Source of the DNA: Eledone cirrhosa
Lineage: Eukaryota
DNA length: 64,000 nucleotides
Assembly (NCBI GenBank): GCA_964016885.1
Contig: OZ024759.1
Coordinates: 682,001 to 746,000 of the forward strand
Reading direction: 5' to 3'
Position 1 is the first letter of the stretch. Each line of letters begins with the position of its first letter. The notes under the pieces are model-generated. The model ran no database searches. It was not told where the DNA came from and saw only the letters and a list, made by a program, of their open reading frames with translations. The position numbers and the translations under genes were made by a program. Below are positions 18,001 to 34,100 of this stretch, in pieces.

Positions 18001-21000
18001 TCTATATTAGTCACATGACACAGTCTATATTAGTAACATGACAAAGTCTATATTAGTAACATGACACAGTCTATATTAGTAGCATGACAAAGTCTATATA
18101 AGTAACATGACACAGTCTATATTAGTAACATGACACAGTCTATATTACTAACATGACAAAGTCTATATTAGTAACATGACACAGTCTATATTAGTAACAT
18201 GACAAAGTCTATATTAGTAACATGACACAGTCTATATTAGTAACATGACTCAGTCTATATTAGTAACATGACGCAGTCTATATTAGTAACATGACAAAGT
18301 CTATATTAGTAACATGACAAAGTCTATATTAGTAACATGACACAGTCTATATTAGTAACATGATATAGTCTATATTAGTAACATGACAAAGTCTATATTA
18401 GTAACATGACAGTCTATATTGTAACATGACACAGTCTATATTAGTAACATGACACAGTCTATATTAGTAACATGACAGTCTATATTAGTAACATGACAAA
18501 GTCTATATTAGTAACAAGACAAAGTCTATATTAGTAACATGACAAAGTCTATATTAGTAACATGACATAGTCTATATTAGTAGCATGACACAGTCTATAT
18601 TAGTCACATGACACAGTCTATATTAGTAACATGACACAGTCTATATTAGTAACATGACAAAGTCTATATTAGTAACATGACAGTCTATATTAGTAGCATG
18701 ACAAAGTCTATATTAGTAACATGACAAAGTCATATTAGTAACATGACACAGTCTATATTAGTAACATGACAAAGTCTATATTAGTAACATGACACAGTCT
18801 ATATTAGTAACATGACACAGTCTATATTAGTAACATGACACAGTCTATATTAGTAACATGACAAAGTCTATATTAGTAACATGACACAGTTTATATTAGT
18901 AACATGACACAGTCTATATTAGTAACATGATATAGTCTATATTAGTAACATGACAAAGTCTATATTAGTAACATGACAGTCTATATTGTAACATGACACA
19001 GTCTATATTAGTAACATGACACAGTCTATATTAGTAACATGACAGTCTATATTAGTAACATGACAAAGTCTATATTAGTAACAAGACAAAGTCTATATTA
19101 GTAACATGACAAAGTCTATATTAGTAACATGACATAGTCTATATTAGTAGCATGACACAGTCTATATTAGTAACATGACAGAGTCTATATTAGTAACATG
19201 ACAGTCTATATTAGTAACATGACAAAGTCTATATTAGTAGCATGACAAAGTCTATATTAGTAACATGACACAGTCTATATTAGTAACATGACAATCTATA
19301 TTAGTAACATGACACAGTCTATATTAGTAACATGACAAAGTCTATATTAGTAACATGACAAAGTCTATATTAGTAACATGACACAGTCTATATTAGTAAC
19401 ATGACACAGTCTATATTAATAACATGACAAAGTCTATATTAGTAACATGACACAGTCTATATTAGTAACATGACATAGTCTATATTAGTAACGTGACACA
19501 GTCTATATTAGTAACATGACAAAGTCTATATTAGTAGCATGACAAAGTCTATATTAGTAACATGACAAAGTCTATATTAGTAACATGACACAGTCTATAT
19601 TAGTAACATGACAAAGTCTATATTAGTAACATGACAAAGTCTATATTAGTAACATGACAGTCTATATTAGTAACATGACAAAGTCTCTATTAGTAACATG
19701 ACAAAGTCTATATTAGTAACATGACAGTCTATATTAGTAACATAACAAAGTCTATATTAGTAACATGACAGTCTATATTGTAACATGACACAGTCTATAT
19801 TAGTAACATGACACAGTCTATATTAGTAACATGACATAGTCTATATTAGTAACATGACAAAGTCTATATTAGTAACAAGACAGTCTATATTGTAACACGA
19901 CACAGTCTATATTAGTAATATGACACAGTCTATATTAGAAACATGACAGTCTATATTAGTAACATGACAAAGTCTATATTAGTAACATGACAAAGTCTAT
20001 ATTAGTAGCATGACACAGTCTATATTAGTAACATGACACAGTCTATATTAGTAACATGACAGTCTATATTAGTAACATGACAACGTCTATATTAGTAGCA
20101 TGACAAAGTCTATATTAGTAACATGACACAGTCTATATTAGTAACATGACAGTCTATATTAGTAACATGACACAGTCTATATTAGTAACATGACAAAGTC
20201 TATATTAGTAGCATGACAAAGTCTATATTAGTAACATGACAGTCTATATTAGTAACATGACAAAGTCTATATTAGTAGCATGACAAAGTCTATATTAGTA
20301 GCATGACACAGTCTAAATTAGTAACATGACACAGTCTATATTAGTAACATGACACAGTCTATATTAGTAACATGACAAAGTCTATATTAGTAACATGACA
20401 AAGTCTATATTAGTAACATGAAACAGTCTATATTAGTAACATGACAAAGTCTATATTAGTAACATGACACTGTCTATATTAGTAACTTGACAAAGTCTAT
20501 ATTAGTAACATGACACAGTCTATATTAGTAACATGACACAGTCTATATTAGTAACATGACAAAGTCTATATTAGTAGCATGACAAAGTCTATATTAGTAA
20601 CATGACACAGTCTATATTAGTAACATGACAAAGACTATATTAGTAACATGACAGTCTATATTAGTAACATGTCAAAGTCTATATTAGTAACATGACAGTC
20701 TATATTAGTAACATGACAGTCTATATTAGTAGCATGACAAAGTCTATATTAGTAACATGACAAAGTCTATATTAGTAACATGACACAGTCTATATTAGTA
20801 ACATGACACAGTCTATATTAGTAACATGACAGTCTATATTAGTAGCATGACAAAGTCTATATTAATAACATGACACAGTCTATATTAGTAACATGACATA
20901 GTCTATATTAGTAACATGACATGGTCTATATTAGTAGCATGACAAAGTCTATATTAGTAACATGACAAAGTCTATATTAGTCACATGACACAGTCTATAT

Positions 21001-22150
21001 TAGTAACATGACAAAGTCTATATTAGTAACATGACACAGTCTATATTAGTAGCATGACAAAGTCTATATTAGTAACATGACACAGTCTATATTAGTAACA
21101 TGACACAGTCTATATTAGTAACATGACAAAGTCTATATTAGTAACATGACACAGTCTATATTACTAACATGACAAAGTCTATATTAGTAACATGACACAG
21201 TCTATATTAGTAACATGACAAAGTCTATATTAGTAACATGACACAGTCTATATTAGTAACATGACTCAGTCTATATTAGTAACATGACGCAGTCTATATT
21301 AGTAACATGACAAAGTCTATATTAGTAACATGACAAAGTCTATATTAGTAACATGACAGTCTATATTGTAACATGACACAGTCTATATTAGTAACATGAC
21401 ACAGTCTATATTAGTAACATGACATAGTCTATATTAGTAACATGACAAAGTCTATATTAGTAACATGACAGTCTATATTGTAACATGACACAGTCTATAT
21501 TAGTAACATGACACAGTCTATATTAGTAACATGACAAAGTCATATTAGTAACATGACACAGTCTATATTAGTAACATGACAAAGGCTATATTAGTAACAT
21601 GACACAGTCTATATTGGTAACATGACACAGTCTATATTAGTAACATGACAAAGTCTATATTAGTAACATGACAAAGTCTATTTTAGTAACATGACACAGT
21701 CTATATTAGTAACATGACACAGTCTATATTAGTAACATGACATAGTCTATATTAGTAACATGACAAAGTCTATATTAGTAACATGACAGTCTATATTGTA
21801 ACATGACACAGTCTATATTAGTAACATGACACAGTCTATATTAGTAACATGACAGTCTATATTAGTAACATGACAAAGTCTATATTAGTAACATGACAAA
21901 GTCTATATTAGTAACATGACAAAGTCTATATTAGTAACATGACAAAGTCTATATTAGTAACTTGACACAGTCTATATTAGTAACATGACATAGTCTATAT
22001 TAGTAACATGACAAAGTCTATATTAGTAGCATGACACAGTCTATATTAGTAACATGACACAGTCTATATTAGTAACATGACTGTCTATATTAGTAACATG
22101 ACAAAGTCTATATTAGTAGCATGACAAAGTCTATATTAGTAACATGACAA
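1..22150 (+). repeat. Satellite sub-domain A, with an irregular ~3.9 kb higher-order unit
   Basis: Variants seen only here: gacatggtc (863, 5515, 6355, 9417, 13368, 17108, 17948, 20918), the adjacent pair gactcag/gacgcag, gtctaaatt (164, 4046, 4816, 8718, 12669, 20311), gacaaaggct (1523, 10077, 14028, 21578), attggtaac and aacgtgac. Marker spacings include 3882, 3902 and 3951 bp. Confidence 0.8.
8640..16300 (+). repeat. Tandem duplication with a ~3,951-bp unit inside domain A
   Basis: Three markers share the 3,951 offset: gtctaaatt 8718/12669, gacatggtc 9417/13368 and gacaaaggct 10077/14028. The gaaagtc 21-mer also appears in both copies. Confidence 0.8.
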
Positions 22151-25100
22151 AGTCTATATTAGTAACATGACACAGTCTATATTAGTAACATGACAATCTA
22201 TATTAGTAACATGACACAGTCTATATTAGTAACATGACAAAGTCTATATTAGTAGCATGACAAAGTCTATATTAGTAACATGACAGTCTATATTAGTAAC
22301 ATGACAAAGTCTATATTAGTAGCATGACACAGTCTATATTAGTAACATGACAGTCTATATTAGTAACATGACAAAGTCTATATTAGTAGCATGACACAGT
22401 CTATATTAGTAACATGAAACAGTCTATATTAGTAACATGACAAAGTCTATATTAGTAACATGACACTGTCTATATTAGTAACTTGACAAAGTCTATATTA
22501 GTAACATGACACAGTCTATATTAGTAACATGACACAGTCTATATTAGTAACATGACAAAGTCTATATTAGTAGCATGACAAAGTCTATATTAGTAACATG
22601 ACAAAGTCTATATTAGTAACATGACACAGTCTATATTAGTAGCATGACAAAGTCTATATTAGTAACATGACAGTCCATATTAGTAACATGACAAAGTCTA
22701 TATCAGTAGCATGACAAAGTCTACATTAGTAGCATGACACAGTCTATATTAGTAACATGACACAATCTATATTAGTAACATGACAAAGTCTATATTAGTA
22801 GCATGACACAGTCTATATTAGTAACATGACAGTCTATATTAGTAACATGACAAAGTCTATATTAGTAGCATGACACAGTCTATATTAGTAACATGACAGT
22901 CTATATTAGTAACATGACAAAGTCTATATTAGTAACATGACAAAGTCTATATTAGTAGCATGACAAAGTCTATATTAGTAACATGACAGTCTATATTAGT
23001 AACATGACAAAGTCTATATTAGTAGCATGACACAGTCTATATTAGTAACATGACAGTCTATATTAGTAACATGACAAAGTCTATATTAGTAGCATGACAC
23101 AGTCTATATTAGTAACATGAAACAGTCTATATTAGTAACATGACACAGTCTATATTAGTAACATGACACTGTCTATATTAGTAACATGACAGTCTATATT
23201 AGTAACATGACACAGTCTATATTAGTAACATGACAATCTATATTAGTAACATGACACAGTCTATATTAGTAACATGACAAAGTCTATATTAGTAGCATGA
23301 CAAAGTCTATATTAGTAACATGACAGTCTATATTAGTAACATGACAAAGTCTATATTAGTAGCATGACACAGTCTATATTAGTAACATGACAGTCTATAT
23401 TAGTAACATGACAAAGTCTATATTAGTAGCATGACACAGTCTATATTAGTAACATGAAACAGTCTATATTAGTAACATGACACAGTCTATATTAGTAACA
23501 TGACACTGTCTATATTAGTAACTTGACAAAGTCTATATTAGTAACATGACACAGTCTATATTAGTAACATGACACAGTCTATATTAGTAACATGACAAAG
23601 TCTATATTAGTAGCATGACAAAGTCTATATTAGTAACATGACAAAGTCTATATTAGTAACATGACACAGTCTATATTAGTAACATGACAAAGACTATATT
23701 AGTAACATGACAGTCTATATTAGTAACATGACAAAGTCTATATTAGTAACATGACAGTCTATATTAGTAACATGACAGTCTATATTAGTAGCATGACAAA
23801 GTCTATATTAGTAACATGACACAGTCTATATTAGTAACATGACATAGTCTATATTAGTAACATGACATAGTCTATATTAGTAGCATGACAAAGTTTATAT
23901 TAGTAACATGACAAAGTCTATATTAGTAACATGAATCAGTCTATATTAGTAACATGACAAAGTCTATATTAGTAGCATGACAAGGTCTATATTAGTAGCA
24001 TAACACAGTCTATATTAGTAACATGACACAGTCTATATTAGTAACATGACACAGTCTATATTAGTAACATGACAAAGTCTATATTAGTAACATGACAAAG
24101 TCTATATTAGTAACATGAATCAGTCTATATTAGTAACATGACAAAGTCTATATTAGTAACATGACACTGTCTATATTAGTAACTTGACAAAGTCTATATT
24201 AGTAACATGACACAGTCTATATTAGTAACATGACACAGTCTATATTAGTAACATGACAAAGTCTATATTAGTAGCATGACAAAGTCTATATTAGTAACAT
24301 GACACAGTCTATATTAGTAACATGACAAAGTCTATATTAGTAACATGACAAAGTCTATATTAGTAACATGACAAAGTCTATATTAGTAACATGACAAAGT
24401 CTATATTAGTAACATGACAGTCTATATTAGTAACATGACAGTCTATATTAGTAGCATGACAAAGTCTATATTAGTAACATGACAAAGTCTATATTAGTAA
24501 CATGACACAGTGTATATTAGTAACATGACACAGTCTATATTAGTAACATGACAAAGTCTATATTAGTAACATGGCAAAGTCTATATTAGTAACATGACAA
24601 AGTCTATATTAGTAACATGACAAGGTCTATATTAGTAACATGACACAGTCTATATTAGTAACATAACACAGTCTATATTAGTAACATGACAGTCTATATT
24701 AGTAACATGACAAAGTCTATATTAGTAGCATGACAAAGTCTATATTAGTAACATGACACAGTCTATATTAGTAACATGACAAGGTCTATATTAGTAACAT
24801 GACAAAGTCTATATTAGTAACATGACAAAGTCTATATTAGTAACATGACAAAGTCTATATTAGTAACATGACACAGTCTGTATTAGTAACATGACAGTCT
24901 ATATTAGTAACATGACAAAGTCTATATTAGTAGCATGACAAAGTCTATATTAGTAACATGACACAGTCTATATTAGTAACATGACAATCTATATTCGTAA
25001 CATGACACAGTCTATATTAGTAACATGACAAAGTCTATATTAGTAGCATGACAAAGTCTATATTAGTAACATGACAGTCTATATTAGTAACATGACAAAG

Positions 25101-28100
25101 TCTATATTAGTAGCATGACAAAGTCTATATTAGTAGCATGACACAGTCTATATTAGTAACATGACACAGTCTATATTAGTAACATGGCACAGTCTATATT
25201 AGTAACATGACAAAGTCTATATTAGTAGCATGACAAAGTCTATATTAGTAACATGACAAAGTCTATATTAGTAACATGACACAGTCTATATTAGTAACAT
25301 GACAAAGTCTATATTAGTAACATGACAAAGTCTATATTAGTAACATGACACAGTCTATATTAGTAACATGACAAAGTCTATATTAGTAACATTATACTGT
25401 CTATATTAGTAACTTGACAAAGTCTATATTAGTAACATGACACAGTCTATATAAGTAACATGACACAGTCTATATTAGTAACATGACAAAGTCTATATTA
25501 GTAGCATGACAAAGTCTACATTAGTAACATGACAAAGTCTATATTAGTAACATGACACAGTCTATATTAGTAACATGACAAAATCTATATTAGTAACATG
25601 ACACAGTCTATATTAGTAACATGACAAAGTCTATATTAGTAACATGACAGTCTATATTAGTAACATGACAGTCTATATTAGTAGCATGACAAAGTCTATA
25701 TTAGTAACATGACAAAGTCTATATTAGTAACATGACACAGTCTATATTAGTAACATGACACAGTCTATATTAGTAACATGACAGTCTATATTAGTAGCAT
25801 GACAAAGTCTATATTAGTAACATGACACAGTCTATATTAGTAACATGACAAAGTCTATATTAGTAACATGACACAGTCTATATTAGTAACATGACACAGT
25901 CTATATTAGTAACATGACAAAGTCTATATTAGTAACATGACACAGTCTATATTAGTAACATGACAAAGTCTATATTAGTAACATGACACAGTCTATATTA
26001 GTAACATGACAAAGTCTATATTAGTAGCATGACAAAGTCTATATTAGTAACATGACACAGTCTATATTAGTAACATGACAAAGTCTATATTAGTAACATG
26101 ACAAAGTCTATATTAGTAACATGACAAAGTCTATATTAGTAACATGACACAGTCTATATTAGTAACATGACACAGTCTATATTAGTAACATGACACAGTC
26201 TATATTAGTAACATGACACAGTCTATATTAGTAACATGACAAAGTCTATATTAGTAACATGGCAAAGTCTATATTAGTAACATGACAAAGTCTATATTAG
26301 TAACATGACAAGGTCTATATTAGTAACATGACACAGTCTATATTAGTAACATGACACAGTCTATATTAGTAACATGACAGTCTATATTAGTAACATGACA
26401 AAGTCTATATTAGTAGCATGACAAAGTCTATATTAGTAACATGACACAGTCTATATTAGTAACATAACAGTCTATATTAGTAACATGACACATTCTATAT
26501 TAGTAACATGACAAAGTCTATATTAGGAGCATGACAAAGTCTATATTAGTAACATGACAGTCCATATTAGTAACATGACAAAGTCTATATAAGTAGCATG
26601 ACAAAGTCTACATTAGTAGCATGACACAGTCTATATTAGTAACATGACAGAGTCTATATTAGTAACATGACAAAGTCTATATTAGTAGCATGACACAGTC
26701 TATATTAGTAACATGACAGTCTATATTAGTAACATGACAAAGTCTATATTAGTAGCATGACAAAGTCTATATTAGTAACATGACACAGTCTATATTAGTA
26801 ACATGACAATCTATATTAGTAACATGACACAGTCTATATTAGTAACATGACAAAGTCTATATTAGTAGCATGACAAAGTCTATATTAGTAACATGACAGT
26901 CTATATTAGTAACATGACAAAGTCTATATTAGTAGCATGACACAGTCTATATTAGTAACATGACAGTCTATATTAGTAACATGACAAAGTCTATATTAGT
27001 AGCATGACACAGTCTATATTAGTAACATGAAACAGTCTATATTAGTAACATGACAAAGTCTATATTAGTAACATGACACTGTCTATATTAGTAACTTGAC
27101 AAAGTCTATATTAGTAACATGACACAGTCTATATTAGTAACATGACACAGTCTATATTAGTAACATGACAAAGTCTATATTAGTAGCATGACAAAGTCTA
27201 TATTAGTAACATGACAAAGTCTATATTAGTAACATGACACAGTCTATATTAGTAACATGACAAAGACTATATTAGTAACATGACAGTCTATATTAGTAAC
27301 ATGACAAAGTCTATATTAGTAACATGACAGTCTATATTAGTAACATGACAGTCTATATTAGTAGCATGACAAAGTCTATATTAGTAGCATGACAAAGTTT
27401 ATATTAGTAACATGACAAAGTCTATATTAGTAACATGACACAGTCTATATTAGTACCATGACAAAGTCTATATTATTAACATGACACAGTCTATATTAGT
27501 AGCATGACAAAGTCTATATTAGTAACATGACACAGTCTATATTAGTAACATGACACAGTCTATATTAGTAACATGACAAAGTCTATATTAGTAACATGAC
27601 AAAGTCTATATTACTAACATGACAAAGTCTATATTAGTAACATGACACAGTCTATATTAGTAACATGACAAAGTCTATATTAGTAACATGACACAGTCTA
27701 TATTAGTAACATGACACAGTCTATATTAGTAACATGACACAGTCTATATTAGTAACATGACAAAGTCTATATTAGTAACATGACAAAGTCTATATTAGTA
27801 ACATGACAGTCTATATTAGTAACATGACAAAGTCTATATTAGTAACATGACACAGTCTATATTAGTAACATGACAAAGTCTCTATTAGTAACATGACAAA
27901 GTCTATATTAGTAACATGACAGTCTATATTAGTAACATGACAGTCTATATTAGTAACATGACAAAGTCTATATTAGTAGCATGACAAAGTCTATATTAGT
28001 AACATGACACAGTCTATATTAGTAACATAACAGTCTATATTAGTAACATGACACATTCTATATTAGTAACATGACAAAGTCTATATTAGGAGCATGACAA

Positions 28101-31100
28101 AGTCTATATTAGTAACATGACAGTCCATATTAGTAACATGACAAAGTCTATATAAGTAGCATGACAAAGTCTACATTAGTAGCATGACACAGTCTATATT
28201 AGTAACATGACAGAGTCTATATTAGTAACATGACAAAGTCTATATTAGTAGCATGACACAGTCTATATTAGTAACATGACAGTCTATATTAGTAACATGA
28301 CAAAGTCTATATTAGTAGCATGACAAAGTCTATATTAGTAACATGACACAGTCTATATTAGTAACATGACAATCTATATTAGTAACATGACACAGTCTAT
28401 ATTAGTAACATGACAAAGTCTATATTAGTAGCATGACAAAGTCTATATTAGTAACATGACAGTCTATATTAGTAACATGACAAAGTCTATATTAGTAGCA
28501 TGACACAGTCTATATTAGTAACATGACAGTCTATATTAGTAACATGACAAAGTCTATATTAGTAGCATGACACAGTCTATATTAGTAACATGAAACAGTC
28601 TATATTAGTAACATGACAAAGTCTATATTAGTAACATGACACTGTCTATATTAGTAACTTGACAAAGTCTATATTAGTAACATGACACAGTCTATATTAG
28701 TAACATGACACAGTCTATATTAGTAACATGACAAAGTCTATATTAGTAGCATGACAAAGTCTATATTAGTAACATGACAAAGTCTATATTAGTAACATGA
28801 CACAGTCTATATTAGTAACATGACAAAGACTATATTAGTAACATGACAGTCTATATTAGTAACATGACAAAGTCTATATTAGTAACATGACAGTCTATAT
28901 TAGTAACATGACAGTCTATATTAGTAGCATGACAAAGTCTATATTAGTAGCATGACAAAGTTTATATTAGTAACATGACAAAGTCTATATTAGTAACATG
29001 ACACAGTCTATATTAGTACCATGACAAAGTCTATATTATTAACATGACACAGTCTATATTAGTAGCATGACAAAGTCTATATTAGTAACATGACACAGTC
29101 TATATTAGTAACATGACACAGTCTATATTAGTAACATGACAAAGTCTATATTAGTAACATGACAAAGTCTATATTACTAACATGACAAAGTCTATATTAG
29201 TAACATGACACAGTCTATATTAGTAACATGACAAAGTCTATATTAGTAACATGACACAGTCTATATTAGTAACATGACACAGTCTATATTAGTAACATGA
29301 CACAGTCTATATTAGTAACATGACAAAGTCTATATTAGTAACATGACAAAGTCTATATTAGTAACATGACAGTCTATATTAGTAACATGACAAAGTCTAT
29401 ATTAGTAACATGACACAGTCTATATTAGTAACATGACAAAGTCTCTATTAGTAACATGACAAAGTCTATATTAGTAACATGACAGTCTATATTAGTAACA
29501 TGACACAGTCTATATTAGTAACATGACACAGTCTATATTAGTAACATGACAAAGTCTATATTAGTAACATGACACAGTCTATATTACTAACATGACAAAG
29601 TCTATATTAGTAACATGACACAGTCTATATTAGTAACATGACAAAGTCTATATGAGTAACATGACACTGTCTATATTAGTAACTTGACAAAGTCTATATT
29701 AGTAACATGACACAGTCTATATTAGTAACATGACAAAGTCTATATTAGTAACATGACACAGTCTATATTAGTAACATGACAAAGTCTATATTAGTAGCAT
29801 GACAAAGTCTATATTAGTAACATGACACAGTCTATATTAGTAACATGACAAAGTCTATATTAGTAACATGACAAAGTCTATATTAGTAACATGACAAAGT
29901 CTATATTAGTAACATGACACAGTCTATATTAGTAACATGACACAGTCTATATTAGTAACATGACACAGTCTATATTAGTAACATGACACAGTCTATATTA
30001 GTAACATGACAAAGTCTATATTAGTAACATGGCAAAGTCTATATTAGTAACATGACAAAGTCTATATTAGTAACATGACAAGGTCTATATTAGTAACATG
30101 ACACAGTCTATATTAGTAACATGACACAGTCTATATTAGTAACATGACAGTCTATATTAGTAACATGACAAAGTCTATATTAGTAGCATGACAAAGTCTA
30201 TATTAGTAACATGACACAGTCTATATTAGTAACATAACAGTCTATATTAGTAACATGACACATTCTATATTAGTAACATGACAAAGTCTATATTAGGAGC
30301 ATGACAAAGTCTATATTAGTAACATGACAGTCCATATTAGTAACATGACAAAGTCTATATAAGTAGCATGACAAAGTCTACATTAGTAGCATGACACAGT
30401 CTATATTAGTAACATGACAGAGTCTATATTAGTAACATGACAAAGTCTATATTAGTAGCATGACACAGTCTATATTAGTAACATGACAGTCTATATTAGT
30501 AACATGACAAAGTCTATATTAGTAGCATGACAAAGTCTATATTAGTAACATGACACAGTCTATATTAGTAACATGACAATCTATATTAGTAACATGACAC
30601 AGTCTATATTAGTAACATGACAAAGTCTATATTAGTAGCATGACAAAGTCTATATTAGTAACATGACAGTCTATATTAGTAACATGACAAAGTCTATATT
30701 AGTAGCATGACACAGTCTATATTAGTAACATGACAGTCTATATTAGTAACATGACAAAGTCTATATTAGTAGCATGACACAGTCTATATTAGTAACATGA
30801 AACAGTCTATATTAGTAACATGACAAAGTCTATATTAGTAACATGACACTGTCTATATTAGTAACTTGACAAAGTCTATATTAGTAACATGACACAGTCT
30901 ATATTAGTAACATGACACAGTCTATATTAGTAACATGACAAAGTCTATATTAGTAGCATGACAAAGTCTATATTAGTAACATGACAAAGTCTATATTAGT
31001 AACATGACACAGTCTATATTAGTAACATGACAAAGACTATATTAGTAACATGACAGTCTATATTAGTAACATGACAAAGTCTATATTAGTAACATGACAG

Positions 31101-34100
31101 TCTATATTAGTAACATGACAGTCTATATTAGTAGCATGACAAAGTCTATATTAGTAGCATGACAAAGTTTATATTAGTAACATGACAAAGTCTATATTAG
31201 TAACATGACACAGTCTATATTAGTACCATGACAAAGTCTATATTATTAACATGACACAGTCTATATTAGTAGCATGACAAAGTCTATATTAGTAACATGA
31301 CACAGTCTATATTAGTAACATGACACAGTCTATATTAGTAACATGACAAAGTCTATATTAGTAACATGACAAAGTCTATATTACTAACATGACAAAGTCT
31401 ATATTAGTAACATGACACAGTCTATATTAGTAACATGACAAAGTCTATATTAGTAACATGACACAGTCTATATTAGTAACATGACACAGTCTATATTAGT
31501 AACATGACACAGTCTATATTAGTAACATGACAAAGTCTATATTAGTAACATGACAAAGTCTATATTAGTAACATGACAGTCTATATTAGTAACATGACAA
31601 AGTCTATATTAGTAACATGACACAGTCTATATTAGTAACATGACAAAGTCTCTATTAGTAACATGACAAAGTCTATATTAGTAACATGACAGTCTATATT
31701 AGTAACATGACACAGTCTATATTAGTAACATGACACAGTCTATATTAGTAACATGACAAAGTCTATATTAGTAACATGACACAGTCTATATTACTAACAT
31801 GACAAAGTCTATATTAGTAACATGACACAGTCTATATTAGTAACATGACAAAGTCTATATGAGTAACATGACACTGTCTATATTAGTAACTTGACAAAGT
31901 CTATATTAGTAACATGACACAGTCTATATTAGTAACATGACACAGTCTATATTAGTAACATGACAAAGTCTATATTAGTAGCATGACAAAGTCTATATTA
32001 GTAACATGACAAAGTCTATATTAGTAACATGACACAGTCTATATTAGTAACATGACAAAGACTATATTAGTAACATGACAGTCTATATTAGTAACATGAC
32101 AAAGTCTATATTAGTAACATGACAGTCTATATTAGTAACATGACAGTCTATATTAGTAGCATGACAAAGTCTATATTAGTAACATGACACAGTCTATATT
32201 AGTAACATGACATAGTCTATATTAGTAACATGACATAGTCTATATTAGTAGCATGACAAAGTTTATATTAGTAACATGACAAAGTCTATATTAGTAACAT
32301 GACACAGTCTATATTAGTACCATGACAAAGTCTATATTAGTAACATGACACAGTCTATATTAGTAGCATGACAAAGTCTATATTAGTAACATGACACAGT
32401 CTATATTAGTAACATGACACAGTCTATATTAGTAACATGACAAAGTCTATATTAGTAACATGACAAAGTCTATATTACTAACATGACAAAGTCTATATTA
32501 GTAACATGACACAGTCTATATTAGTAACATGACAAAGTCTATATTAGTAACATGACACAGTCTATATTAGTAACATGACACAGTCTATATTAGTAACATG
32601 ACACAGTCTATATTAGTAACATGACAAAGTCTATATTAGTAACATGACAAAGTCTATATTAGTAACATGACAGTCTATATTAGTAACATGACAAAGTCTA
32701 TATTAGTAACATGACACAGTCTATATTAGTAACATGACAAAGTCTCTATTAGTAACATGACAAAGTCTATATTAGTAACATGACAGTCTATATTAGTAAC
32801 ATGACACAGTCTATATTAGTAACATGACACAGTCTATATTAGTAACATGACAAAGTCTATATTAGTAACATGACACAGTCTATATTACTAACATGACAAA
32901 GTCTATATTAGTAACATGACACAGTCTATATTAGTAACATGACAAAGTCTATATTAGTAACATGACACAGTCTATATTAGTAACATGACACAGTCTATAT
33001 TAGTAACATCACAAAGTCTCTATTAGTAACATGACAAAGTCTATATTAGTAATATGACAGTCTATATTAGTAACATGACAATGTCTCTATTAGTAACATG
33101 ACAAAGTCTATATTAGTAACATGACAGTCTATATTAGTAACATGACAAAGTCTATATTAGTAACATGACAGTCTATATTGTAACATGACACAGTCTATAT
33201 TAGTAACATGACACAGTCTATATTAGTAACATGACATAGTCTATATTAGTAACATGACAAAGTCTATATTAGTAACATGACAGTCTATATTGTAACATGA
33301 CACAGTCTATATTAGTAACATGACACAGTCTATATTAGTAACATGACAGTCTATATTAGTAACATGACAAAGTCTATATTACTAACATGACAAGGTCTAT
33401 ATTAGTAACATGACACCGTCTATATTAGTAACATAACACAGTCTATATTAGTAACATGACAGTCTATATTAGTAACATGACACCGTCTATATTAGTAACA
33501 TAACACAGTCTATATTAGTAACATGACAGTCTATATTAGTAACATGACAAAGTCTATATTAGTAGCATGACAAAGTCTATATTAGTAACATGACACAGTC
33601 TATATTAGTAACATGACAAGGTCTATATTAGTAACATGACAAAGTCTATATTAGTAACATGACAAAGTCTATATTAGTAACATGACACAGTCTATATTAG
33701 TAACATGACACAGTCTATATTAGTAACATGACACAGTGTATATTAGTAACATGACACAGTCTATATTAGTAACATGGCAAAGTCTATATTAGTAACATGA
33801 CAAAGTCTATATTAGTAACATGACAAGGTCTATATTAGTAACATGACAACGTCTATATTAGTAACATAACACAGTCTATATTAGTAACATGACAGTCTAT
33901 ATTAGTAACATGACAAAGTCTATATTAGTAGCATGACAAAGTCTATATTAGTAACATGACACAGTCTATATTAGTAACATGACAATCTATATTAGTAACA
34001 TGACACAGTCTATATTAGTAACATGACAAAGTCTATATTAGTAGCATGACAAAGTCTATATTAGTAACATGACAGTCTATATTAGTAACATGACAAAGTC

